A program made the position numbers and the translations under genes. Positions 10,900 through 23,300 of a stretch of DNA of 64,000 nucleotides are shown here, in pieces. The DNA is taken from assembly GCA_965285935.1 (NCBI GenBank), contig OZ260665.1, positions 31,496,001 to 31,560,000 of the forward strand. Direction: 5' to 3'. The notes under the pieces are model-generated. The model was not told the origin of the DNA. It saw only the letters and a program-made list of their open reading frames with translations, and made no database searches. The DNA is from Ophelia neglecta (taxonomy: Eukaryota). The stretch's first letter is position 1, and every line of letters begins with the position of its first letter.

Positions 10900-13800
10900 G
10901 GTGTGGCGGCATTTTCTCCTCCGCAGCAGCCATTACATCAGCAAACAATAGGATTTCCGCAAAATGCCTACAGGCCTGTAAATTATTATGGACCATACGA
11001 CGCATCAATCCAACAAACAAGACCATGCTATGGGACTCAGCGTCCACAACTACCCTCTCAAACCAGTTATAGCAGGGCGGCAACCCCCACAACTGGACCT
11101 GTTATGCCACCTCCGCTGATTGCTCATCGTGCTCCGGGTATGATCCCGGCCGACGGTCCTGTAACTGCGTCAGTCAACCTAGCGGGCAATCAACAGTTTG
11201 CTGCGCCCAGGCCAAATGCCACATCATCATCAGTAATGAGGAGTACTAGTGAAGGACAGACAGTCCCTGTCTCCACTGGCATACGGACACAACAGAATGA
11301 TCTTCTGCATGGAACACAGGAGGCGGGTCCTTCGGCTGATGGTGGTACGGGAACAGTAAACCCGCCAGTGGGAGATCAAGGCCTTCCTGCCGACACCGGA
11401 CAGCCGCGGGCAGTGTAGGTGCCACAATCGGTAACTGATCTGTCCTTCCTGGTCTGGAATATCAGAGGTCTTGCAACGAAAACTTACTCCAAGATTTTAG
11501 ATCCCCAGTTCTTGGAGATTGTGGATCAATCTGACATCTTGTTGTTCACCGAAACATGGGGCAATGATTTGCAAAACCTGGATATTCCCGGATATGACGC
11601 AGTTTATGCGCATAGAGAAGAACTTAACCCTAGAGCAAAAAGGTTTTCAGGTGGTATCGCCGTTTATTTTCGGTCGCATCTGGCGAAGGGAATAACAATT
11701 CTAAAAAAAGTAAAAGATTGTATATTATGGTTAAAACTGTCTAAAGCAATTTTTTGGTGATAAAGACATTTTGATTGCTCTGGTTTATAATGTCCCTCAG
11801 GACTCGACTAGAGCTCCAGACTCACCAAATGTTTTTGCTTTGTTGGAGTCCCATATTGCAGAGTTCGAAAGTGTACAACCAGATAGATATGTATATATTG
11901 TGACTGGGGACTTTAACGCCAGAACTTAGGTATTGAATGATTTTATTCGATTCGATAATAATTCTTCTGATCATATATTGCTGCCTGAAGAGTATGCTGA
12001 TGATTCTACCTTACCAAGAACTTCAATGGATGTTACTGTTAATAATTATGGGCACAGGTTACTAGATCTGTGTTGTGCTACCGGCCTCCGTATTGCAAAC
12101 GGTCGGCTTGGGAATGATAAAGATTGTGGTAAATATACATATATAGGTGGAGTCGGAGCAAGTGTTATAGATTATGTACTGTGTAAGCAGTCAGTGACCC
12201 AAATGTAATGACCCAAATGTAATGAGAGACCATAGCCCTCTTAAATTTGAATTTAAAAATTTGGGTAATAAGCCGGAGAGCAAACCTGCAGTGATGAGTA
12301 CTAAATTAGTTTGGAATTCAGAATGTGCATGTAGGTCAATTTAGAGCCTCATTAAATAGTGCTCTCGGTAGTTTAAATCTAAATTTAACTCCAATGATAT
12401 ATAGCATTGACATCCAGGTTACTAAATATACAGATAAATTACTTGATGTCGCGCTGCCTCTTCTCGGCAAACAAATCCGGCCACATGTTGTACGAACTAC
12501 ACCAGTTATTGATACTCCTGCGTGGATGTGCAATAAATGCAAGACCTTGCGAGATGAATTTCATGAAAAGCTTGATTTATATAGACAGAATAGTATCGAA
12601 GATATTCGGGCGAATTTGAGATTGGCCAGATCTAAATACTCTAAGCACGCTGATATTTGTAAAAAGAAACATAGCGTAGGTCAAACAAAATCATTGCTAG
12701 ATGCCCGTAAGAATAATGCCAGATTATACTGGAAAATGTTGAAAGGTTCAGCTAGTCGTATTTACCCAAACATTGAAATGGCTGAATTCTATAATTTCTT
12801 CAAAACTATTTCTAACCCCCCAAATATTGAAGACTTTGAGATTGCTAATGAATATAAATCATTTGTGCAAAACTATGTAAGAGATAAGTCTATGTTTAGT
12901 GAATTGGATACGGAGATATCTGTAAATGAGATTCTTTCAGCGATTCGGCAGCTTAAGGCTGGTAAGGCGGCAGGGCCCGACTTACTGATTAATGAAGTAT
13001 TCATTTATTCAGATGATTTGGTGCCGTCGTTGCAGGGGCTCTTTAACAATATCTTGAGTGCAGGTGACTTTCCGTCCTCTTGGACAGATGGTATCATTTT
13101 ACCCATCCATAAGAAGGGCTCTTTACACCAAGCTGAAAACTATCGTGGGATAACGTTACTTAGCGTACTGGCAAAGCTGTTCACTCGCATTCTTAACAAT
13201 CGTCTGATTTCTTGGGCAGAGGAGTATGGGGTGTATATCGAAGGTCAGGCAGGGTTCCGTGCTGGCTATGGTACAATAGACAATTTATTTGTTCTGCATG
13301 GGCTTATATCAAATTATTTGAATTCTAAAAAACAATTATACTGCTGCTTTATTGACTTCCGTAAAGCCTTTGATTATGTCAATAGAAATGGTCTCTGGTA
13401 TAAACTTATAAAGTTAGGAATTTCTGGCAAGCTTTTTAATGTTATAAAAAGCATGTATTCTTGTGTTAAATAAGCTGTTCGGTCCTTGACTGGGAAAATT
13501 AGTGAGTCGTTCGAATGTTTATTAGGCGTCCGTCAAGGCGAAAACCTCTCTCCATTTTTATTTTCCATTTACTTTAATGATCTTGATCATGAATTGTCTA
13601 ATAGCCAACAACCCACAGGAATTAGCATTGATTATATTAAGCTCTATATACTTTTGTATGCTGACGATGCCGTCATATTGGCAGATACGTCGGAGGGTCT
13701 GCAATCAGGACTGAATACACTAGGAACATATTGTGAAACATGGATATTGAGGTTAAGCACAGAAAAAACTAAAGTGGTAGTTTTTAGAAAAGGGGGCAGG

Positions 13801-14970
13801 TTACCGGGGAATCTGGGGTTCAAGTATAAAACAGCAAAATTAGAAGTAGTCTCGAACTTTTCTTATTTGGGTTTAGTCTTATCAGTGGGCGGCTCTTGGA
13901 CGGCAGCCCAGGAGACCCTGGCGAAGCAGGCCACGAAAGCAGTTTTTTGTTTGAAAAAATATACATATAGATATAACATGAGCCCCACAGACATGTGCTC
14001 TTTATTTGATAAATTAGTTCTTCCCGTTTTAAACTATTCCTCTGAGCTATGGGGCTTTCATCGGGGGGTGAATGTAGAGAGGGTTCATCTCAAATTTTGT
14101 AAAAGTATTTTAAACTTAAAAGACAGTACAAAGAATGAAATGGTTTATGGGGAGCTTAATCGGTTTCCTTTACAAATTAATAGGTACCTAAATATAATTA
14201 AATTGTGGCTTAAACTGATTCAAGTAGGTGGTAATAAGCTAATGCGGAAAGTCTATTTAATGTTATACAGCAGAATACAGCAGGATAATTGGGCCAGTAA
14301 AGTAAAATCTCTTCTGTTCAAATACGTTTTTATGAGAAGCTTGGCTGAATTAAGGTGTTGCCGATGTAAAACAATTTATAGTATTATTTAAACAGAGACT
14401 CTTTGATTGCTATAAGCAAGATTGGCATGGGAATATAAACGATTCCCCAAAGTGTATATTTTATCGGTTTGTTCATCCAGACTTTGGCGTTCTGCCTTCT
14501 TATATGGACTGTGATGTGAGCATCATGAATAAAAAAAACCTGTGCAGATTTAGGTGTCGCAATCATTTTTTGTATGTGGAGAGGGGCAGCTGGCAAAGGC
14601 CACCTGTAGAGTTTTCAGAGCGCAAATGTAGTGTATGTGATAAGTTGGACGATGAATACCATTTTGTACTGGAATGTTGTTTATTTTTCGAACTACGTGC
14701 CAGATATATTCCAAGATACTATGTAGTAAGGCCTAATGTATACACATTTTTGGAACTGCTTAGATCTGCCAATAGTAAAACTCTAAATAACTTAGCAATT
14801 TACATCAGAAAAGCATCTGATATACATAAATCTTATAATTACTGATACCATATTATTCATTGAATTTGTAAGCATTTAATGGTCTCTCTGACGCCATGTA
14901 TGTTCATTATATGTATTGACTGTACAACACGTAGGGTGTATTCCCTTTTGTTGAATAAAACACACTATCA
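10900..14970 (+). mobile_element. RTE-X-like LINE, 5'-truncated in ORF1, with a disrupted APE-RT-CCHC ORF2
   Basis: P/Q/T-rich ORF1 tail at 10903-11418. APE motifs VWNIRGL, LFTETW, SGGIAVY, GDFNAR, SVIDY. RT motifs NYRGITLLS, FIDFRKAFD, GVRQGENLSP, LYADD. C-terminal RFRCRNHFLYVERG..CSVC..DDEYHFVLEC. AATAAA at 14954-14959. Several stops and frameshifts. Confidence 0.9.
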
Positions 14971-16649
14971 CTGGTAGGCCCAATTTCGCTGCTGCCCTCT
15001 GCCGAATGACAGTGACACTATTGTCAATTCGTTTATACTATCTTTTTAACCGCTTATCGAGTATATCGGAAGAATCGAATCCAAATTGTTTATTCACACT
15101 TTATAATTCACAATACGTAATACACTTCAGACTTATCTGTCTAAAGCTTACGACCTGGAATCAGCTGTGTATGTGCGTTCCTTCTCCACTTAGTTCTAAT
15201 AGCAAACTTGTTCGTAATCACTATGTTCCGATGGTCAACGTTTCTAGATTATATCAAAACTTGTCCTTGTTGTACTTAAATCACTCTTGGTATTAATAAC
15301 AACGTCCATATATCTGGGTTCGTCTGTCGTTGTCAGTATCTCAATGTTTGAGATATTAAAATAAACTTATAATATTCAATAGTTCTCAATGTAATGTTTT
15401 CTCGTAGTTCTATATATTCGTTTTTCTCTGTTAGTCTCCTCTCCTGAACCCGCACTGAAAGTGTATCTTGTGATTGTGGTTATTTGCATAAAACAAATAT
15501 GGTCGCCAAATTTAAGTAAAAATGAATAGTCATAGATTTTGCTTGCTACAATATTTTGATATGCACGTTATTGATTGGTAAAACTAATTTAGCATGAATA
15601 CAAATTGACTCCCTTGTTTGACTGAAGGCAGCATATAATGGCATTTCATTCCTGCAAAGTGAAATAAAGTCTTTAAATGAAAAGGGGTTTGTAAGGAAAT
15701 AGAATGTTAATGTACATATTTTATTGGCATAGCGGTACTTGCATGGTCCATTATATGGCTGCATATTTGTCTGGAAGAAGTAAAGATGGAAATTCCCAGC
15801 CCAAATATATAAATGAAGAGGGCTATAAACGAACCAGTTACGAGAAAACCGTAACTTGTAACTGTAGAATACAGCAATGTTCTATTATTCTTGGATTCTA
15901 TTGTCGGTTTTGTCACTCTGCATCATGGGTCGCAGGTTACGCGTGTTACCGTCATTCAAAGTGGCCGTCGCACAAATCTTGCGCCGATATACCATCCGTG
16001 GTCAGGTGTTTATGGTCAAGTATGGAATGATTATTTTCAGCAAAGCATGGACGGGGTCATCTTGCTTCAAACACACTTATTTCACTCGAAAAATAAAGTC
16101 TTTAAGCCGCGGTTGGTCACAGAAAATATTTCGAGGGGGCGCTCGAATCACAAGTGGCCGCAAGTGACTTCTTTAATAGAGAATTACTACGCAGAATGAC
16201 CAGCAATCCTGTTCAAGGTTTCACATAAAAACATTATACGAATATCAAATAATTCATGCAAATTACTTATGGTTAACTAAAATTGCTTCTGTTTGTATTA
16301 TATATTCTCTTGTTCTATTTTTAACGGGTGTATTAAATTTGAAAGGGATTTTGGCTTTATTATTTATGGAGATACAAGAGTACAATAAGCTGTTTCGTAG
16401 TTTGTGTTATAATTCAATTCCTATATGGTATAAGTATGTGTTTTTTTATTTTTGGAGTATTTTTTTAAACGTATTTTTCGCTTTACTTATTTTGGAACAA
16501 ACATGCATATACCAATAAGTTTAACGTGCATGCTATTGAGCTCTTTGGAATTATATATGAATTATTCTTCTGTTGATTTTCATTTATTTTATTGTTTAGC
16601 TTTTTTCTTGTATTTAGCTGAACCTTTCCTAGCCTGGCATTGACCCGCT

Positions 16650-18865
16650 TTTTGGTGTTATGTACAATATATTGTATAAAACACCAGGATGCGTAAAGCA
16701 GTTAAACGGTAGGAAAAGTTATCATAAACATTCGAAAATATGTCAACAGAAACATACTTCTGGTAAAACTGATAAATTACTGAAGTTAAGAACTAGGGAT
16801 ACTAGAAAATACTGGGACATGTTGAAGGGAGAAAAAACAATGGATTGTCTTAATGTTGAGTTGAACTCATTTTATAACAATTTTAAGAAACTTCACCAAC
16901 CAAATGTCCTAAAACGGTATGAAATAAGTGTTGACGTAGAAACCTTTATGTCTGAACATGTTCAAAGTGACCCGGTGTTTCTGGACCCTGATAGAGAAAT
17001 ATCAATCGAAGAACTTGATAAATGTATGCAAAAGCTAAAGACAGAAAAATCACCTGGTCGTGATGGTGTCATAAATGAACAGATCAAGTAATGAAATTCG
17101 TGTACCCCTATTGAAATTGTTTAACGACATATTTGAAACCGGCGTATACCCAGTCATGGAAAACTAGTCACATGCTGCCTATATTCACGAAAGGTAGTGC
17201 TACAGACCCTAATAATTAGAGGGACAAGTTGTATTTCAAATTTGTCCCCGAAAATTCTGAACGAGATAGTGAGTGTATGGGCGGAAGAAAAACAGCAGTA
17301 TATAGAGGGCCAAGCAGGTTTTCGTTCAGATCATAGCACTGTAGACAATTTTTTCATATTTAACAAATCGATTTTTGGTTGTAAAAGTCAAAATCAGTAA
17401 TTATAAATAGCATTTAACGTTTTTAAGAAAGCCTTTGACCTTATTAATAGATCCAGTCTCTGGTACAAAATATTGAAAATGAGCGCAAGGGTTAAATTGC
17501 TGGCAAGCATGATTGTATATAATATAAAAACACAAATGAAGGGAAAATATGGTAAATTGTCCTCTGAGTTTGAATGCATATTAGGGGTTAGGCATGGGAT
17601 AAATCTGTCCCCCATTTTGTTTTGTTTCTACATATATGACCTAGAGTCTGAATTGTGTAAGTCAGATAAACCTGATAAACCAGGAATCTCTTTGGGCTAC
17701 TTGCGATTGTATGTACTCCTGTTTGCTGATGATGCTGCAATAATCAGTGAAACCTCACAGGGTCTGCAAAACGTTCTCGACTGTTTATATCAGTATTGTG
17801 AAAAATGAAAATTGTACATTAACACTGACAAAACGGACATTTTAATTTTGGTTGGCTTAGCTTTATCATTCCTTCTATCTTTACTTATAATAATGTTAGC
17901 ATCAAAGTAATGGCCGATGGTCAAAACAGAAAACAGGAGGAATTCTTACTAAATAAGGCACAAAAGGCATTATTTTGTATGAAAAAATAAACGTTTCAAT
18001 TTAAATTGAAAGCAGTGGCAATGTGTCAGATCTTTGATGTTTCATTTGTCAGAACTCTAAACTATGGCTGTGAGGTTTGGGGTTTTGCCCACTGTCCAAA
18101 AATGGAAAAAAAAAATTTTAAATTCTATATTGAAGGTCAAACGCTCCACAATGACTGACATGGTGTATAGAGAATGTTGTAGACTGCCTTTGCAATGTGT
18201 CAAATATTATAGAATTATAAAATATTGGTGCCGTTTGATTACTGGTGATAAAGGTACATTTGGCTCAAAAGTCTTACTCATTTGTCATTAAAATAATCTT
18301 CAGGCTGAATACAACCAAAAAGTGAAATATTTGTTGTATAACACTGGATTTGGTTTTGTGTGGGAGAGTAATGGCCCTGGAAATATAAAACAATATCTAT
18401 CTCAGTTCAAGAAACGATTGTTCTATATAGGCAGAAGCCAAATCCACGAAAACATTGCCAACAGTAGAAAATGTGAGGTTTACAGTAAACTCTGGGTTAA
18501 TATTAATATTAATTCAGTACCATATTACAGATCTGTCGGGCTGAGTGTCATTAGTGAGTTAACAATAACAAGGTTCCTCTTAAGAAACCATCACCTTTCT
18601 ATTGAAACAGGGACGTGGTCAAGGCCCAAAATACCCCGGAGCACAGATGGTGTTTTGCATGTAGAGAAATTGAAGTTGAAATTCATTTCCTTTTAGTGTG
18701 TCCACTATAAAGTAGTCTACAAGAAAATTATTTATCTTGTTGTGAGTTTGCAGGTAGCCAAGAGTATGTATTTGTCAGGATATCTAATGAAGACAGCAGT
18801 AAATATTAAACAATATAGCTGTGTATATCAGAAAGGCCTTTGCGCTTCACCCTAAACTGTTGTAA
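16650..18865 (+). mobile_element. Highly decayed RTE-X-like LINE ORF2 (related to the 10900-14970 element)
   Basis: Fragments KYWDMLKG, KSPGRDGV, EGQAGFR..STVDN, KKAFD, GVRHGINLSP, LFADD and RNHHLSIETG, colinear with the neighbouring copy but with many lesions. Confidence 0.85.
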
Positions 18866-20368
18866 ATTCGGGTACCATCCGTTTTTTATATTATATATAT
18901 ATATATTATATGATTAATATTATATATATTACATGGTCACAATTTACTGAATATGCATGAGGGAGAGGGATTCCAGGAGGGTAGCCAAGGGCATGAAAAC
19001 TAGCATGAGAATGAACCATAATTTGCGTCATCTCACACAGACATCAAAATATTTAATCTTCCCAGCTTATCTTCCGAGTTAAAAAGGTTTCTATAAGCCC
19101 CCTGGTAGAACTTTGATCCATTAGGTAAAATTGTTCATTGAACCATCTGAAACTGTTCTAATATATCAACGCATGCACACACTTTCGATCCCAAATTTTG
19201 TAGAGAAACGTTATATTTTTCGTTACTTAAAACAGAAACAAATGATTATTACCTAGTGTTTTACGTACCATTCGTTCAGAGCAAACATCTGTTAGATCGA
19301 AATGGAAATGACAAGTCAGACCTTACATACCAAAGGATCGTTCCGAGTTCTCCAATTTTGTGCCTACTTGCCAATATCCTAGTAAATACACATCCAGTAC
19401 CATTTAAATAGAAGGCCGCCGAAGAACTATGTCTCAGATTCATCGAACGTAGGCCGAACAACATTGAAAAGAGGAAATGTATGTCTGTCTAAAGCTCCTC
19501 GCATACTCACGCGATTTTCTAACCAACTGCCAATGAAGGATTGCATCACATTTTACCTTCACTGCCATCGGTTCTCATTTTATTAATTCATTGATCGATT
19601 AATGGATTGTTTGATTGAATTTATTTCTATTCGTTCTATGCAATGGCACATGACATAAATAACCTGGACAAAGCATATAGTATAAAAATATAACACTGAA
19701 ACGCTCCAAATACCATGTATCATACATACGTTTTTCAACTGTGGCCATTCTTATGGCTTGAGTAATCGTAGAAAACACAGTTCTGATTATCAAAGTGACT
19801 TGAATATGGTTAGCTCCAGAAATACGCAAATTGTTAGTTAGATATTTAAAAAACGAATCTTTAAGGGCAAAATCTTTGCGCTTGGTGGCTACATGCTGGA
19901 AAGCCAATACGGCTAAAAGTACTAAACATAGTAGTAGACTAGAAACAAGTTTTGATCTATAATCACCATTTTTTTCAGTTGATATAGTATGCTTATTATT
20001 AACCTCCTTATAGAGCGCCACAGAATGACGCTAAGGTCACTCCCTATATTGATCTTCGGCCTCGGTAAGCAGATTAACTATGAACGTGTTCTTTTTTTTC
20101 AAAAAGGATTACATTTTGCCAAGTAGATCAAGGAAAGTATATTATAAAGTCGTAAAGATTGCGGTGCAATAAAAGTACATGCGGTAAAATGCGATGCAAT
20201 AAAGAATACACCCGGCAATAAACTGCTGTGTTTGTAAAAAAAACAGGTTTGTTTAAAATGGCCTACTGTTTGGAAAATACCTTACAGTTCGCCTCAATAA
20301 CAATAGCTACGATTGACCACATACATATATGTTCACTGATACACAGTAGATAACCCCAGTACGTTTTC

Positions 20369-23300
20369 CTAACAGTTGACTATATCGTCAGGTAGCCTGA
20401 GGCCGTGGATAATGTCTTTGACTTGACCCCCCTGTAGATAGACTCGCGGGGTGCGGGGAGGAAGTCTGTTACAGATCTCCTGGGGGTTGGTCCCTATTTG
20501 TTTACCCACTCCAGTGACGGAGGTGTCCGGGTCGAAGTCCGGGGTGTACACGGTGAAAACTTCACCTGCGTCTAATTGTTCCGGGACGCGAACTGTTATC
20601 GCGTCCATACTCACTTTACCAACGACGTGACACTTCTCACCTGAAAATTATTATTCTCATTATCATCATTATAATTATCATCAGTCATCTTTAAGCAGGA
20701 ACGCACGGTCAATGACCAGTGATTGTTCTCCCCGAGGCTGCTGCCCGGCTCACAAACGAGCACAATAAGGAATATGATTTAGGAAAAACAAATGAAAAAT
20801 GTTAAATCTGGGACTAAGATGGATCCATATTAGTCCCAGGTTAAATACACTTGAATTTTGACTAGGACATAAAACCCACGACCAACCATCAATTTAGGTA
20901 TAGCACAGCCTAAATAATAAAATGGCACTACAATAAAATATATATTCAAAACAATTATATAATTTCCTGTATCTTCAGGTACATTGTAAATTCAAATTCT
21001 TAGATGAAACTTTACACCCGTTTTCTGCTTTCCCGATCAAATAGGGGTGGCAATTTATTTTGATATCTTTAGATAGAGAAAGATAATAAACAGGCAGCCC
21101 TACTTAAATCTTTATTTTTGCTCAACCACATGTTCACTGGTGTCCTTCTCTAAACGGATATAAATGTCCCCAGCATTAATGACCGATGCAATACTACCAG
21201 ACAGTATATTCTGAATTGTCTTCTTGGCATTAATTGTTAAGTTTACGGGTTGATATTTAGCCATTTCTTAAAATTTAACAATTCTTCAGAGAGAGTCTGC
21301 TGAATCATCAGTTTGTCCTTATGATTTAAAATCGAAGCAGTTCCATCGTCATTTCACAGCTGCTACTGCTTAGTCATTTAAAACACAGTAACCAAAGAGG
21401 TTGAACACTAAGGCACCCCATGCATTGTTTCAAAATACAATTCAAACCAGAGTAATGCCCTGCCCCCATCCCACGGTGCCGAAGTTTATTCAAGAAAACC
21501 GGTCAGGATCAATTCCTACCCCTCCTCAGGGGGGGGGGGGGGGTATGATGCCATTGAGACAGTTTTGTCCTGGCCCATGTTAACTGTGAGTTGGTTTGTT
21601 CAAAACGAACAATGAATTTTTGGATTGTGTAAATGAACCGCGCGGCACAATTTCTTTTCATATCAATTCATTCATCTCCTGCATTCTGTTTTAAAAATCC
21701 TCTTGTTCAGTCCAGGTTGCGGCATTACAAGCCTGAATATTTACTTTCATTTGAAACAAGGGGGCCACCTTAAACCGCCATAATAATATAACTTGGCTGA
21801 GGAAATATCAATCATTGGCGATATCTAAATTAACTGATTTGAGAAGGACATGACTGCTCCAACCTGTTTTATCTCGGATTACGATTCCTTTGTTCGCCAG
21901 GTGGCGCCAGTAGCCATCCGCGAAGCCTATAGGTAGGGTGGCTATCCACTCATTGTCCTCACAGGTGTACGTACAGCCGTAACCTACCTGTGAAAATATA
22001 CTCTATGAAATCAATAAAAGTGATTAATTGAACTTTAACTGAATTAAATTAGGATAACGTTAATATAGTATAAAAGGCGGGGTCTCAACTTCATATACCC
22101 CGTTCAAAAACTGCTGCTTATGGCAAGTCTATAAAAATAAGGGGTGTATATTATGGGATAATGTTTCTGAAATAATTGACTGTAAGTGTAATTTTTTCTC
22201 ATTTAAAAAACGTTTAAAGCTTTTCTTGTTGAAAAACGAGGTTCCTGTGAATCCTCCGACATGATCTGTTTGTCAATTGCTCGTAGCATGTGGTTCCCAT
22301 ATTAATTATCTGTTTTTGTTGATGTTTATACATGACTTCCACCTTCGATTTTTTTTCTCTTTTAGCGCACTCACTGTTAATTTGAACTTATTTTTATGTA
22401 CCTAAGTTGAGGGCTCATACTCCAATCTGGAGTCCTGCCCCCTTTGTTCCTTAATATTATTTATCTGGAACAGTTGGATTTTCTCATTAGTGCTTTAGTG
22501 CTTAGTTGCAATTGGGTTATTGTTCATGTTATTTTTGTGTATTTGATATATATAGGAACAATAAACAGATTTTGAATTGAATTGAATATAAGTTATTATA
22601 CAGAGATGTAAGAGCTCGGAGAAGTCCGAAACATTTCTATTAAAGTTTGACGCACATTTACAGCAAGTAGTGTCGTATTTTTTTCTTCATCCTGCACACT
22701 ATACTTGATTGTGTAATGTCTCGTTTTCAAGTCTCAATTATATAAACATAGTTTAAAAGAGTCACTGTATTTATCGTTATCCAAAATTATCATGCATATT
22801 TTCGTTAGGCTTCTGTTGTACATATGTTTTAATACTACATGATGTACTCTCTCCCACGAGGAGGCGAAATAAAAAAATAAATAAAAGCAAGGTCTGCTTC
22901 AACAATTCTGGACACTTTTTTCCCTGGAAGTGACCCATATTTCCCCTATAGGGTGGTAAGTTGGCGCCCGATTGCACATAGGTGTTTTCAACTGATTGCC
23001 ACAAGGCAAATTACTTTTGAACGAAATTCAAATTCTAGAATTAAAAAGGAGTCAAATGGATATACCTAGCAGAAATTGCGTAGCTATTAGACAAAGACAT
23101 ATATCATTTAGGAGCTGAAGTGCGAATTTATATTTCTTCATAGGCGGCGCCAAATTACAGATACTCCCTTATAAATCGAAGCAAACTCGTTCTCGTTGTA
23201 CTTTGATACCTGGACATTGAAATTAGCCATTTACCAAATATGCATAAATAACAAAATTAGGTTTTTAAGAAATAAATGTTGGCTAAGTTGAACAAATCTC

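Noticed and set aside
15704-16199. Overlapping ~100-aa ORFs
   Set aside because: No recognisable domain or splice structure. Possibly decayed TE sequence, but I cannot assign it.
19599-20021. 140-aa minus-strand ORF downstream of the racemase
   Set aside because: Non-ATG start, no motif, and it lies in the probable 3' UTR or flank of the racemase.
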